Assembly: GCA_028023455.1 (NCBI GenBank)
Contig: JAQFVV010000006.1
Span: forward strand, 7,750,001 to 7,814,000
Reading direction: 5' to 3'
Length of the DNA: 64,000 nucleotides
Source: Epiperipatus broadwayi
Taxonomy: Eukaryota; Animalia; Onychophora
The notes under the pieces were generated by a model. The model was not told the DNA's origin, ran no database searches, and saw only the letters and a program-made list of their open reading frames with translations. This document shows, piece after piece, positions 51,207 through 64,000 of this stretch. Each line of letters begins with the position of its first letter. Position 1 is the stretch's first letter. A program made the translations under genes and the position numbers.

Positions 51207-53489
51207 TAAGTAAATTATATTATATATGGATGCTAGGATCAGTCCAAAGGAAAACAGAATAATTAAGCAACGGACACTACGACCAAGCCTTGATCATCTT
51301 CAATCGTTTGCTATTGCTTTCCAGCCTTTCAAAACACCAGTAAACCAATTTTAGACTTAAATCAATAGCATGAAGAATCGTAATACCTAGTCATAATAAC
51401 AAGAAAAAAATAATTATTTTTCTTTTTTATTCTATTAATTTGGCATTTGAAATTGATTTAAAAAAAACATTTTTATTCCAATCATATTTTTTTTTAAACA
51501 TTTATTTTTTAAAAATCATTTCGGCCAAATATGATTTAAAGTTTGTCCTCTCCTTTTCACACTATTTTAGTAACAGATGGAATGAATGTTTATAATTCTT
51601 ACAATGTATTTCATTACCTAAAAAAAAAAAAGTATTAGTTATAAACAGACAGAAATACAAATGCGATTTTACTGAAGTATTTTTTTTGCAGGCGAGTATT
51701 CAAAAGAGCGAACAGTTTTCGCTAAAGTATTAAAGTGTGATATTGAATTGATTAATGGATCTGCCACATATCTCTATGGGATGAGAGGAATATTTGAACT
51801 GACAATGATATTTTCGAATCGACTACTGATCAAGGACAAACTGCTTCCACTAGGGTTAATAAGGTCGACAATACGAATAGAATTATAAGAAGCAAAATAG
51901 AAAACCGCGCGATTTGTTTATGTATATATAATCTTTCACCCATCATGTGAAAACTCGAACTTATTTTTAATAAGTAACGCTTTGAACTACAAGTGCCGTA
52001 TCTGATTAAAATGAATAATTAAATGGTGGCCCAGATGGTTAGTGCTGTGGTAGAATATGAGGCCCAAGATCCATGACCCCAACTCTGTGTCACTTGTGGT
52101 GGTCGAACTGCTTAAGAACTCATGAAGTTGTGGGAGAATAAATATAAACATATTGATCATGCTGAAAGTGGATTCTTGGTTTTTATGTGGGTTTGGGAAA
52201 AGATAAGTAGGATTTAGATATAAAGACTATGGAGTTTACAAGGATTATGTTGTGAAAATGGGATGGAGCAGGATAGAGACGAATATGGGGAAAATTTACA
52301 GTGGGGAATGGAAAGGGAATGGTAAGATGGTGAACAGGTTTCTCTGGGCATAGTAGCTGAGAAGTTCCTGACTCTTAAAAAGGAAAAGTCACAGTATATC
52401 ACATTGCATCACATGAGCGATAGATGTTTAGATTGATTTTATCAGATAATCTACTGCTCAGAAGGTCAAGTGATGATGTTGACATCCCAATTAAAAAATT
52501 ACCACTCATTTGGATGTAATGAATTTTATTTTTATTATCCATAGTTGAGAATAACTCCAAAAGTCTCTAACTTTTGAATCTGCCAAAGTTGGAACCATAT
52601 TTTCCCAATCCAGTTCAGATTAGTGATTGAGCAATAAATTTGAGAGTTATAAGACCCTGAATCAAATCTCAGTTAAAAAAAGTAAAGGATAAAGATTTCT
52701 GGTTTGAAGTCATGAAGTAAAAAAAACCCCAGTAATTTTAATTTGGTCCACGGAGATGAACTTTTGTGCTCAGTTCATTAGGTTGGTGCTTAATATTATA
52801 TGATCATCTGAGCAAAGAACATATATTTTCTAATGAAAATATTGTGCTCGGCTCATCCCCTAATGGTTAGCTGCCAAAAAACTTATTATGCTGTTATGCC
52901 ATATCCTTTTTTATTTTATCATGAAGCTAATTTACATAATACAGTTGTTTTCATTTAACTCTTTACTGGTAAAAAAAAAAAAAACCACACAGTTAGTAAC
53001 ATCTTCAACAAAAATCAATTCAACTTGTTGAAAAGTGGTTGGATAATGTTAACAGAAGAAGTCCAGGAAACATTTAGATAAACATCTGCATTAAAGAATG
53101 ATGGTTTATTTATGATCTGACCTTTTCCCACACATATCAAGTGAGAGATTGCATGGTGTGCATTACGATTTTTATTTTAATCGGTATTGCATTCCAAAGC
53201 AAAAAGATTTGCAAATCTGGTTTACTTGTTACAATTTATTCTGAAGATATCAAATTTACTGGGCACACAACTATGTGGCTGTCCTTCCCAGGTAAATACC
53301 TTCATGACTATTATTAATGATTACTTAAATTTTAAATTATTATATCATTTCTATCCAATTATAAACTTTAAAATGTAATTAAAAATGAATTATTCTTATT
53401 AGTTCTAATTGGGGTCTTTTGATATTATATTCTAAAAAAAGTTTGTTTTACTTTACTAGAATTTGGAATTGACTTATAAAACATGTAAT

Positions 53490-53880
53490 AAATATGTATA
53501 AGATATGGCTATTGATTGTATATATGTGTGGAGATAATAATCTGGACCAACTGACGAGTGCTGGTTTAGCACAAAATATTTATATTGGTGATTATTTGTC
53601 TTTTCAACATGTGTGTGATCAAGTGTGACAACAGTATGAGATAGCGTGGATAGTTGAAGGTCATGTGAAAGTCTGAGTTCAAACCTCCTATATATTACAT
53701 ATTGGAGTGCAGATATGAAAAAGCCTGTACTATAGAAAAAAAATCATATATTAAAACATAGTGCTGTAAGGTCTGCTCATCCCTCGTATATGTATGTAAT
53801 GGATTATGTTCTGTACATGAGGGGTCAGAGTGACTTATGGTCAACATGGGTAGGATGAGAAGGTTGACACCAATGTGGAA
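53490..53880 (+). mobile_element. Family B element with a hammerhead motif
   Basis: accaa-CTGACGA (53551-53557)-GTGCT-ggttt-AGCAC-AAAA-TATTTA-TA-ttggt; the rest aligns with 42300-42600. Confidence 0.85.
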
Positions 53881-54689
53881 TAGCACAATGAAAATTCTAA
53901 TGAAGAACAATCAAATAAATATTTCAATGAAAAATAGCAAATAACAATTTCAATGGAGAACAACAAAACTTTTCAATTGATGAACTGGAAGATCCAGAAA
54001 TTTGGCCGAAAATTACTCATAAACTTTGACTTACTTTGGTTGAATGTAGACCTATCCAAAAGGAGGTCATATTCTATCTTTGGAATTCTGAAGGAAGAAA
54101 GTTTAGTAATGGGTATTATAAAAAAAGGAAAACAGTGAATTTGTATATAGATTATGGCTAATTTATTCACATTGAAAAAATAGGGTACTCTACTTTTCTT
54201 GTAAATTATTTTGTCCAAAGAATCCTAAAGACTCTGCATGAAATTTTGTATCATATGTTTATAATCAATGGAGAAATTTATCTCATACACTTCACATACA
54301 TGTAAATAGTCTTGTTCATACAACACACAAATATGTGGTTTGATTTTAAAACCTGACTCACAGACATTAAAGCTACTCATACAGAAAATCTAAAACTTAT
54401 GGAATTGGAGAAAAAACATTGGTCAAATATATGAGTAAGAATAATTAAAATAAAATATAATGGTTCACAATATTTACATGGTAGTTCAGATAAATTATGT
54501 GAAAAAAATGGTAATTTTTAAAAATTAATTGAATTGTTAGCTAAATTTAATACGATTATGGAGATTCACATGAATAGAACACTAAAATCCAAATATAAGA
54601 GCAGTCACATTTTCTAAGTTGGTTTCAGCATATCCTGTACTAAAAACAAATGCTAAAATAGGTGGTTGACTAATTATCAGTTTTTATTA

Positions 54690-55260
54690 GTTGATAAACC
54701 TGATTTAGTTTTGACTGACCATGGCACTGCATTTATGTCTAAACAATGGAATAAACGGGTCCAAACTCGAGGTATCAAACATGTTATGAGTTTAATAAGG
54801 AACTACCAGGCCAATTTTTGTGAGTGCATTATGCATGAACTCAGTAGACTCTTTAGAGGCTATGTTTAGTGGGACCATAAACAATGGGTTAATAAGATCC
54901 CTGAACTGATTCATTATATTAACATTACTTTCAATGAATCCACAGGATTTACTCCAATCCAGTTTCATTATGGGAGGCACAAACCTTTGATAATTAGGAC
55001 TCCATTAACCTTTATTATGGAGATAAATAACAATGATGATATAATTAGGGCACATAACAGGCTCATGAAAATGGATCAAATGGGTGAAACAATCCAAAAC
55101 TAAGCCACATCCATTTAAGGTTGATGATCTTGTGCTATTGTGTACCCCTCATGTTAGCAATGAGCAGAAAAATCAATTTAAGAAATTTCTTAATTTATAT
55201 AAAGGTCTTTGCCTTAATAATAGCTCGGGTTGGTGAGAATGCTTTTGAACCCTGATGGCC
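54690..55260 (+). mobile_element. Ty3/gypsy LTR retrotransposon integrase remnant
   Basis: KPDLVLTDHGTAFMSKQW...GIKHVMS...CECIMHELSRLFRGYV*WDHKQWVNKIPELIHYINITFNESTGFTP...YGR, then FKVDDLVLL...KKFLNLYKG. This is the rve core (decayed D/E) and C-terminal region, with stops and frameshifts. Confidence 0.85.
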
Positions 55261-56639
55261 CAAAAGGAAAGTATGAGCCTGCAGTTTGATACCATACCCA
55301 TCAACAAATTGATACTTGTCCAACTTAATATTTGTGAGTCAGAAAAAGTTCTAGAAGGTGCAGAATATTTTATTAATTGTTTTGAAAGATTTAAAGAGAA
55401 ATGCTTATTGAAAAAATTTTTTTTTCTTTTTGTCCAGTTAATTACTATGCTATTTAAAAAAGAGGGAGAGGTATGAAAATTTAAAATTTTACGTCTGCCA
55501 TTAAGGGAAAGTTGTAATCTTATGGTTAAGCTCGATTTTGTCAAGACTTATTTAAGTGGTTAAACATGTAAAATTTTAAATTTTAATTGACAATAATTGA
55601 AATATATTAAATCAATGTATTATATGCATGGTATGCTAACGTAGTTGCCAAATTTTGTTTTAAAATTAAGTAAAGTTTAGCAATAAATCTCCTGAGAGTG
55701 ATTAAGACTTAGACTGCGTGAATTTAGTTTACATTTTTTTTAAAAAATATATATTATTCAGATTTTTTTTTTTTTTTGGAATATTGGTTTACTTCCTTAT
55801 TAAAAATGCTATTACAGCTAAAATTTTGTCATCTATTAGATTGGCTAAGTATTTTTCTATTACATTACGTTGTACTCTAGATAGAAGTCAGACTTAACAA
55901 ATGACAGTTATCATTAGATGTTTCCTGCAATAAAGATATCTATTGAAGAACATTTTGGAGGGACTTTTGGCAATTGAGAATTCCATAGTGAAAATTTATG
56001 TAATGTAATAATCAACAGGCTGCAAAATTAGAATTTATGTATACAAAATATAAGAGGCCAAGGATATGATAATGTTGGCTAATACTAAAGGAAAATCCTG
56101 CAAAAATTAATTTGAAATCAAAATCCCAGAGCTTTTTTCGTAGCAGCTAACAGCTAATAGTTTAAACTTAATTACTAATGATGTGGCAAAAGTAAATTCA
56201 GAAACCATAAGTTTTTTTGAAATTATACAAGCAATTTATATATTTTTAGTGCTATCGATTACGCTTTGGGCTATTTTAAAAAAAAAAACATATTTCCTCA
56301 TTAATGTTAAAACAACTTTCGGTTGTTATAAATGCTCTCCAGCTACTAGGACATCAAGCAGGAGAAATATATGATACTTTTCTTTAAAAAAAAGACAGAA
56401 TGTTTTAAAAAGCCCCCCAAAAAAAAATTATTTATTTTTAAAAAATTTACACAAAAACGGTTAAAAAAAATCAAAAAAAAAAAAATCAAACAAATCCAAA
56501 AATTAAAAACATAAATGAACAAAATAAAAACAGCCCGGTAACGTTATAGCTACTTGTTTTTCACTAGCAACAGCACCATCCAGCGGTGTGGATGATTAGA
56601 TGATGTATTACCAAATATTTTCTGATGACAATTTTGATC

Positions 56640-57413
56640 AAGAAAGTTAACAGAAGTTCAGATATTATGTACAAAATTAAAAGATTATCAGTTTCTATAT
56701 TCTTTTGTTTTATGATATGACATCATACATTTTATAAATCCTGTTAGCAAATGTTGCAAAATTCTCAAACAAATATTTCACATGGTTTGATAACCATTAA
56801 AAATCTAAAACATTTTTTTAGTAATTACCATACAGATATTTCCTACTTCAAACAGCTAAAAATCTATATGAAGATTTAGAAGGAGAGACACACTTCCAAA
56901 GTAATAATGTAGTGAGAAGCAGAAAAAAAGAAAATATTTCTTATTATGAACATTGAGATGAAAGACCCCAAACACCTGAAGATAAATTCAGTGTAAACGT
57001 CATTTTAACAATTATACCCAATGCATATCTTGATGTTAAAAAAGAATGTTTTAATCTACAAATTGATTTGAGTGACAATAATAATAAAGACATATTGGAG
57101 AGGAATTGCAGGAAGAACTACGTCTACTTCAAAACTTATTTTCAAGTGAATGATCTCAATTCAAAGATCCACTTGATGTTCTATTTTCATGAAAATGATT
57201 TGACCATTTCATTTTCAAATTTGAACATATCAATAAGAATTTTATTAACTCTTTCCACAAGTGGAGAGAGCTCATTTTTGAAGTTAAAAAATCATAGATA
57301 GGTTGGTAAATTTGTCAATGATAGCTATAGAGAATGACATATGCAACACTCTAAATATTGATAATATTGCATCTAAATTCAGTTCCATAAAAGCAGGGAA
57401 AGTAAATTTATAA
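56640..57413 (+). mobile_element. hAT transposase C-terminal remnant (hATC dimerisation domain)
   Basis: Frameshifted segments include KIKDYQFLYSF, INPVSK, TPEDKFSVN, NLNISIRILLTL..SGESSFLKLK and MIAIENDICNTLNIDNIASKFSSIKAGKVNL*. Confidence 0.85.
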
Positions 57414-57565
57414 TTATATATATTATCTTTAATGAAACTTTAAAATTTAAATAAAATCACTTGGAATTTCTTTTTGTTTTTTTTTAGGGAGGTGGGTGCC
57501 AATTACTGTTACATGAGGATGCCCTTGACCCGTTTTCCGGTCCTTATCCTACATACTTCTAAAAA

Positions 57566-58088
57566 TCACATGATCACAATTTCTTGTGCTTGCTCATTCT
57601 CTGGCTTGCACTGAATGACACTACTGTAAGGAGAGTTTTGCTTGTTTTAATAATAGTTATGAGCAAGCATAAGAAATGGTGATTATGTGATGTTTAGTGG
57701 TTTAATACCAATCCTGCCTAATAGGATAGTGGCGGATATGGTTATTAAAGAACCAAAATGTATGGGTACTGAACTGAGTTCAGACCCATATGACTATATA
57801 AGCTATTGAGCTTAGATTGAAAATATTGTGTTTTCAATTTTATTCACATAGCTTTGTAGTTGAGATAAAAGATGGCTGCTGGAGGATTGCATTAGATCCT
57901 AAGATTTAGGTGCAGTGCTCTCAGATCCAAGGCTCCTCACAGATGAAAGCCACAAGCCAGAAACTAGTCTGGGGATATTGGATGAATAGACACTAGATAG
58001 AAATTTTATGCACAAGCCTTCTGGCATCCATTGATTACTCTGGCTTGCAGTGAGTGGCATTACTGTAAGGAGCGTTTTGCCTGTTTTA
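57566..58088. mobile_element. Family A element: short inverted piece plus about 1.1 sense units (439-bp period), 13-bp TSD
   Basis: TSD ATACTTCTAAAAA (57553-57565, 58089-58101). ctctggcttgca at 57599 and 58038. HHR with U4>A (CAGATGA 57940-57946) and GAAA-CTAG-TC at 57960-57969. Confidence 0.9.
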
Positions 58089-61000
58089 ATACTTCTAAAA
58101 AATACGAATAAAAATAATTGCCACATAGAGCCATTATTTACTTATGGATATAAACAAACACAAAAACAAAAAAAAAATGTTTTTCTTTTAATTATCAGTT
58201 ATTTTTTAAAATTTATTTCTATATTTATAGTTGCACATCTTAACTGTTTTAACAAAATTTAATTTAATTTTTAACTTCTCAAATAAAAATGTGTTTGCTT
58301 TACCTTGTTCAGATAAATTTCGTAATTATTTTTCAAAATAAACGATTCATACATCCGATTCACTTTCTGTTACATTTAAAATACACAAAGCATAATTTTA
58401 TGTACCTGTAGTTATTCTGTGCATTAAGTAATTTCTTACAATATATTTGCTCACAAATATTCATGAAACAATTTCGAACCGATAAGGCTAATCGCATTGT
58501 AGTATTAATGCGCGCACACATCTCGAACTGGGAATCGCGATGAAGATTCTTGTAAGAAATGTGGTTAAGTTGTTTGTTACAAGCGCATTTCAAAATCTGT
58601 TATTTGATTTATAAAATAAATTTTATAGATTAAAATATAACTTTATTTTTTAAAATAAATAAGTATGTAATTAATTTAAAAACGATAATTCACTATAAGA
58701 ATGAAAAAAGCATAAATTGAAAGAAGAAATTTATTTTGATAAATGAATATCCTGTGGGCGCAAAATTAAAAGTCGGGCCATATGCGGACGGGCGGGTTGA
58801 TCAGATCAGGGTTAGAGATTGAAGACACTTAACAAGGAAAACCATTTGAAATAAATGCTCTAGGCAATTATTAAATATACAAAAAAAAAAAAAAAAATGA
58901 AGATAGAATAGCAAAGGTAAAATGATTTATTTTTTATCCTGTGTAAGAAGAATTTATTACATCGTTCAAATTTTCAAACGATTGACAATTTGCCATTGGT
59001 TTTAAAAATTGTACATTATAAAAAATTTAATTAGTTCGCTCAAGTTAAAAATCAATATTTAAGATTAAAGATATAAGGTATTACAATATTAAAAGTTCCG
59101 ATATAGAAAATTAAAAAAAAGTATGAACCAGATTGAGAGAAAATTAAAACTCAAATTCTGGTTTAGCACAGAAATTCTCAATACAATGTTTGGTAAGTTT
59201 AACTGTGGTTAATTTTACACCTAAATATTTTGTTTTAGACTAATAATGTGGTAAAGAGATGTATGTATCTGCTAATAATGACACCTACTTACTTAAATTA
59301 CACTAATAATGTGACCAAAATATTCATAGTTTTTAATTTCATCTAATTAATTTCTAAAAAAAAAAAAAAAAGTTCGCCTATTTTTTCAGTTTTGAAATAG
59401 TATTGCGCATTAATTTGGGACTTTTAAAAGGCATTTTTAGCCTAATATTTTTTGAAACATTCGTTGCAGCTTTGAAGTATAACTTTTATCTCTGTAAATT
59501 TTCATAGTGTCAATTTTTATAATGTTGTCTAATATTCTAAGTACTTTTGTTACATTTTGATACACATTATTACAGAATCAAAAAAACCCTGAGTTTTTAA
59601 TATGCAGCTTTAATGATTGCCAAAATATTATAGAAATATTTTGTCCTGCAATGCCAATGTTTTAAAAGAAAATATTTAAGGAATAAATAGTATATAATAT
59701 TCGTTCAATATCTCTGCCCAATGGCATAATAAAAGTGCTCATAAATAGTAGCTTTCATATATAATACTATTTGGATGAGAAATTATTAGAGGGTATAAGT
59801 TAGAATATGTGTCTATGTCTTAGAGTAAATTTATATACATGAATCTGAAACAATACTATATGATTTTTTTGATCTAAACACTATTTGAAACTTTTTTAAG
59901 TATTTTAAATTATTTCTGTTGAGATTAGTAGAAAACACTGAAAAAAATTCCCTAAATTAAATTTCATATGGAGCTATATAGTAGACAGATTTTAAAGTGT
60001 GCACTTATCAGTTAGTGGTTGACTTATTTATTTATCTACTGTTGGTTATTCAGTTTTCTTTTATTACATTATTTATATAAATAAATTCATTATTTATTTA
60101 TTTATTTGGTGATTCACATTTTAATTCACTCATTCATATCTTATTTTGGGATTAATAAAATCCACAAGTAATGATTATTATGCTTGATTCTCCTATGATT
60201 CATCATGGTTCTAGTAAGTTTACTAATATAACAAGTAGCATCTAGTCTTATGATCTATATTTCCAATGTTTTGACCATCGTAGGCTAGTTGTAATAAGTA
60301 GAAGGATTTATCAGGGCAAATATTATCATAAAATCCTAATTTACAAGGGTATCAAATATTAAAAATATTAGTACGGCTGAATACACAAATAACCATGATT
60401 ATTTATGCTCTAGTAAACATATATACCATATATGTGTTTTGTATTTATATTTTCCATTTTGTAGAATATTTATATTTACTGTATAAAATCGATGAATAAT
60501 CATAGGATCGCACTGGTCTCCTTTCACTTGTTTTTTTTTTAAATTTAATGGCAGTTGAGGCAGGTTTAAGAAAGTAACCGAAAGTACTTCTGCAGATTTA
60601 AAGACTGTTTATAATAGTTTAGTACCGGTAAATGTATTATTTTTAATATGATCACTATATATATATATCCTTGTTTATTATCGTTCTTTAATAAGACAAA
60701 ACTTTTTTACTACTTTTCACTACAAAAGTTTAGATTATTATATCTTAAATTTCTTTGCTATGTTCCTCACATATCGCACTAATGAAATCTAATCCATCAT
60801 TTGAAATAACATTCTATGCAAACAACTTCTTTCATTCATTGATTATTAAGGCATGCTGTGTGGCACTGTGTATGGAGAGTTTATTACTGTTTTAACATTC
60901 TGTTCAACAAAAGTGATAACTGTAAATAAAGATAAAAGATATAAATTTTATACATTAAAAAAAACGTTATAATAGAAAATAATTTCAGATTTATAAATAT

Positions 61001-61344
61001 TATGAAGTGGTGTATAATCTTACCCTATACAAAATATTGTAGAGAGCTATTTCCATTTAAATAATTAGAAATATCTTAGTAATGCTAAACTACTCTGCTC
61101 TTGCACAAAATAACAGATTTAATTGTCTTGGATTAAATTTAAAGTAGTTTAGCTATAGAGAAACATTATTTCCAAAGAAGGTTTTAGTTATTTACATAGA
61201 AATAGCTCTACAATTTACTTTGTTTATATCATAATAAATTTATGAAAATATTTAATCTAATATGTATCATAAAATAGGCCCACTCACATAACATACTTAT
61301 CTCTGTTTCATCCAATTTATCCACTAATATGTTATTTTAAATAT

Positions 61345-61667
61345 TAAACAAGGCAAAACTCTCCATATAGTAGTGCCAACCAGAGTAATCAATGGATACC
61401 AGAAGGCTTGTGCATAAAATCTCTATCTAGCACCTACTCACCCAATATCCCCAGACTAACTCAGATCCAAGGCTCCTCACTGACGAAGGCCACAAGTCAG
61501 AAACTAGTCTAGGGATATTGGATGAGTAGGCACTAGATATGGAATTTATGCACAAGCCTTCCGGTATCCATTGATTACTCTGGTTGACACAAGGTGGCAC
61601 TGCTGTTTGGAGAGTTTTACCTTGTTTAATAACAATTATGTGCTAGTATGAGATAGTGATCATGTGA
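61345..61667. mobile_element. Family A fold-back, 13-bp TSD, hammerhead core intact
   Basis: TSD TTATTTTAAATAT (61332-61344, 61668-61680). Strand switch at about 61459. CTGACGA 61480-61486 and GAAA-CTAG-TC 61500-61509. Confidence 0.9.
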
Positions 61668-61689
61668 TTATTTTAAATATATTATTTTG

Positions 61690-62237
61690 AATCATAAAAT
61701 TAAACTTGGTTGGAATGCTTTTGGTCAAAATATCTTAATATTAAAAGGAAATATGCCTTATTAAAAGGAAATATGCCTATGTGTTTGAAAAGAAAGATTT
61801 TGGAAATGTGTTTTACCAGTTCTTATTTATAAATCTGAGACTTTGACACTTAACGCAAGGGATATACAGAGACGTCAGGCCACTCAACAAGTATGGAGAG
61901 AATCATGTTAGGAATAACAAGAAAAGATTAAAAATGAAATACATGGGTGAGAGAACAAATAGGAGTTATTGACATCATTGAATGAATTAAGAGATTGAAG
62001 TGGAGTTAGGATGGACATATTGCTAGAAGTGACTATAATAGATGGATAGTTGAAATCTTAAACGGGATTCCAAAAAATTGTAAAAGAAACATAGACAAAG
62101 ACCACGTGTGAGATGAATGGATGAAATAAGAAAGTGTACTGGTGGGATATGGAGAAGAAAAGCTAGAGATGAAACAAGATGGATTGAACTTGGAGAAACT
62201 TTCATCCTCCAGTGGATTGATAATGGATGATGATGAT
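61690..62237 (+). mobile_element. 5'-truncated RTE-clade LINE
   Basis: KIKLGWNAFG, CVLPVLIYKSETLTL, SMERIMLGITRKD, IKRLKWS*DGHIAR...RW and ELGETFILQWIDNG* plus (GAT)n. 20-bp tandem duplication at 61739-61778. Confidence 0.9.
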
Positions 62238-64000
62238 ATTATTTTAACTTTCAATATTTTATGTGTTTAAGACGAACGATGGGACATTAATAAGTCCAAA
62301 ATTAAAATTCTTATAAATTTTACTAATACTTAAAGCAAATATATTAAAATTCACACCCTAATAAAATAGTATTGTTTTAAAAAACTTTTTTTTATTTGGT
62401 AATCAATTAATGAACAAAAAGAAGGAAAAACACCTCACATTAAATTAGATTTGTCAGTTTAGAATGTTAATCCTTTAGTAAAAATAATTTAATTGTTTTA
62501 TTGGTAGGGTTTTCACCCACTGGACAAGTTGCCAGGTGATGCTGCAGAACCACTAAGAAGCCTGTAAGTGATAAATTTTTAAAAACAAAAATGGCTCAAA
62601 ATCGCTGAAATTTAAATTTAAAACAAAAATTGACTAGAAGGTCTGAGGCGAAAAATGGTTAGACATCCCCCCCCCCACTTGAAGATTTCAATGAAAAATA
62701 AATAAAAAGCAAATAATAAATGCTATTTTCAAAATCTTATGAAATAAATGGAAAAAAAACTATAATAAAAGCCTACGAAATTAAACAAAAACATACTAAA
62801 TCTCAAAAAAAAATTAACAATGATGATTTAAAAAATAAAAGTAGTTATAAAATGCAAAGACAACAGCACGGAAAATTTGTTAAAAAAGAATCATATCTAA
62901 CTAACAGATAAAACAATAACCTTAATAACAGACTAATACATGATAAGTAATCAATGTTCATATTAACCTATCCTTATTACAGCCTTCGCTCTGAATTTTA
63001 TTACAGAATATAATCAATAGCGTCATTAGAGTTTAAATTCAGTTAATATGTTACTCTATTACACCGCACATATATAAAATGCACAAAACAGAAATAAAAT
63101 AATCAGAATAGAAAATAGAATAATTAAAATAGATTATCAATTTCCCTCGAGAGTGAGTTGATAATTCAGGAGTCATTGAATTTTTTCATCCTTGCAAAAT
63201 GAAACTTGGGTATTCTAGATCTCTCCATGTGTGACAAAATATGGAATTTATCTATTAAATTTTTCCTGTCTATTGATGGCATTTTCTTTCACTTAAAGTT
63301 TGTTATTTTTAAAATAACTTACGCACAAATTTTGAAATGTAGATAGAACCTGAAAAAATAGCGTAAACATTTTTGGTACTATTTCAATAATAAAGAAATT
63401 TCCAGAACTCGGGTCACGTGACATATTGGTGTTGCGAGTTTTGCCGCAGAGAAATTGATCTTACGTTTTTAAAATCAAGAAGTGTATTTTTTTTTTAGAA
63501 AGTGGAAATATTTTTTTTAAAAAAGGAAAATAATACATTTTCTCATTTTAAATTATAAGTCAATAATATTAACAAATACTTTAATGAAGACAAAACCTAA
63601 CCCTACTTTTTATTTATTGTTTGAAATGATGCATTTCAAAAAGTTCGAATAAAAACTGCTGTCCACATTCCATTCCATAAGTTTTAAAGTTTATACAGCT
63701 TTTTAATTTGGCTAATAGTTCTCCATACAATATTATTAATTTTATATATATGAACTTAAAATAATACTCATAATAAAATTCGTTTCAATTATTGAAGCCT
63801 TTTCTTTTATAAGTTAATGACAATGTTTCAAACAGTTAGAGGAAACTAATAAAGTGTATTAGACATTCATTAGTCTAGAGACTATCCACTTAATGAATAT
63901 TTTTGCAGTATTCTTTTTACTACATCACTCTCACGCAAGGTAGTCTAATGAATGACTAATAAAAATTATTAATATACTTCCATTAAGTGGTTTGTGCCAA

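Noticed and set aside
51690-51890. About 66-codon open frame after a T-rich CAG acceptor
   Set aside because: No recognisable homology or start, and the length is attainable by chance.
56620-56650. CTGATGA...GAAA near the hAT remnant
   Set aside because: No stem I or stem III pairing; it lies in transposase-derived sequence.

Overview
Very AT-rich eukaryotic (probably invertebrate animal) intronic or intergenic DNA. No host protein-coding gene could be identified with confidence, and most ORF-track entries look like chance frames or repeat artefacts. The window is dense with transposon debris: RTE-clade LINE fragments, a Ty3/gypsy integrase remnant, a hAT transposase remnant, a hAT MITE, a pogo/Tigger-like element and seven copies of a tRNA-Gly-derived SINE. 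The main signal is at least four unrelated families of ~360-480 bp non-coding elements that each carry a type I hammerhead ribozyme motif (CUGANGA...GAAA...UH) with a self-complementary stem III. About 20 intact or decayed hammerhead motifs were found by eye. These elements occur as tandem partial dimers and/or fold-back insertions, mostly flanked by 9-17 bp target-site duplications, and the ribozyme-sense 3' end points outward at both ends. This matches non-autonomous Penelope-like (retrozyme-type) retroelements. All of this comes from manual inspection; no database search or folding program was run.
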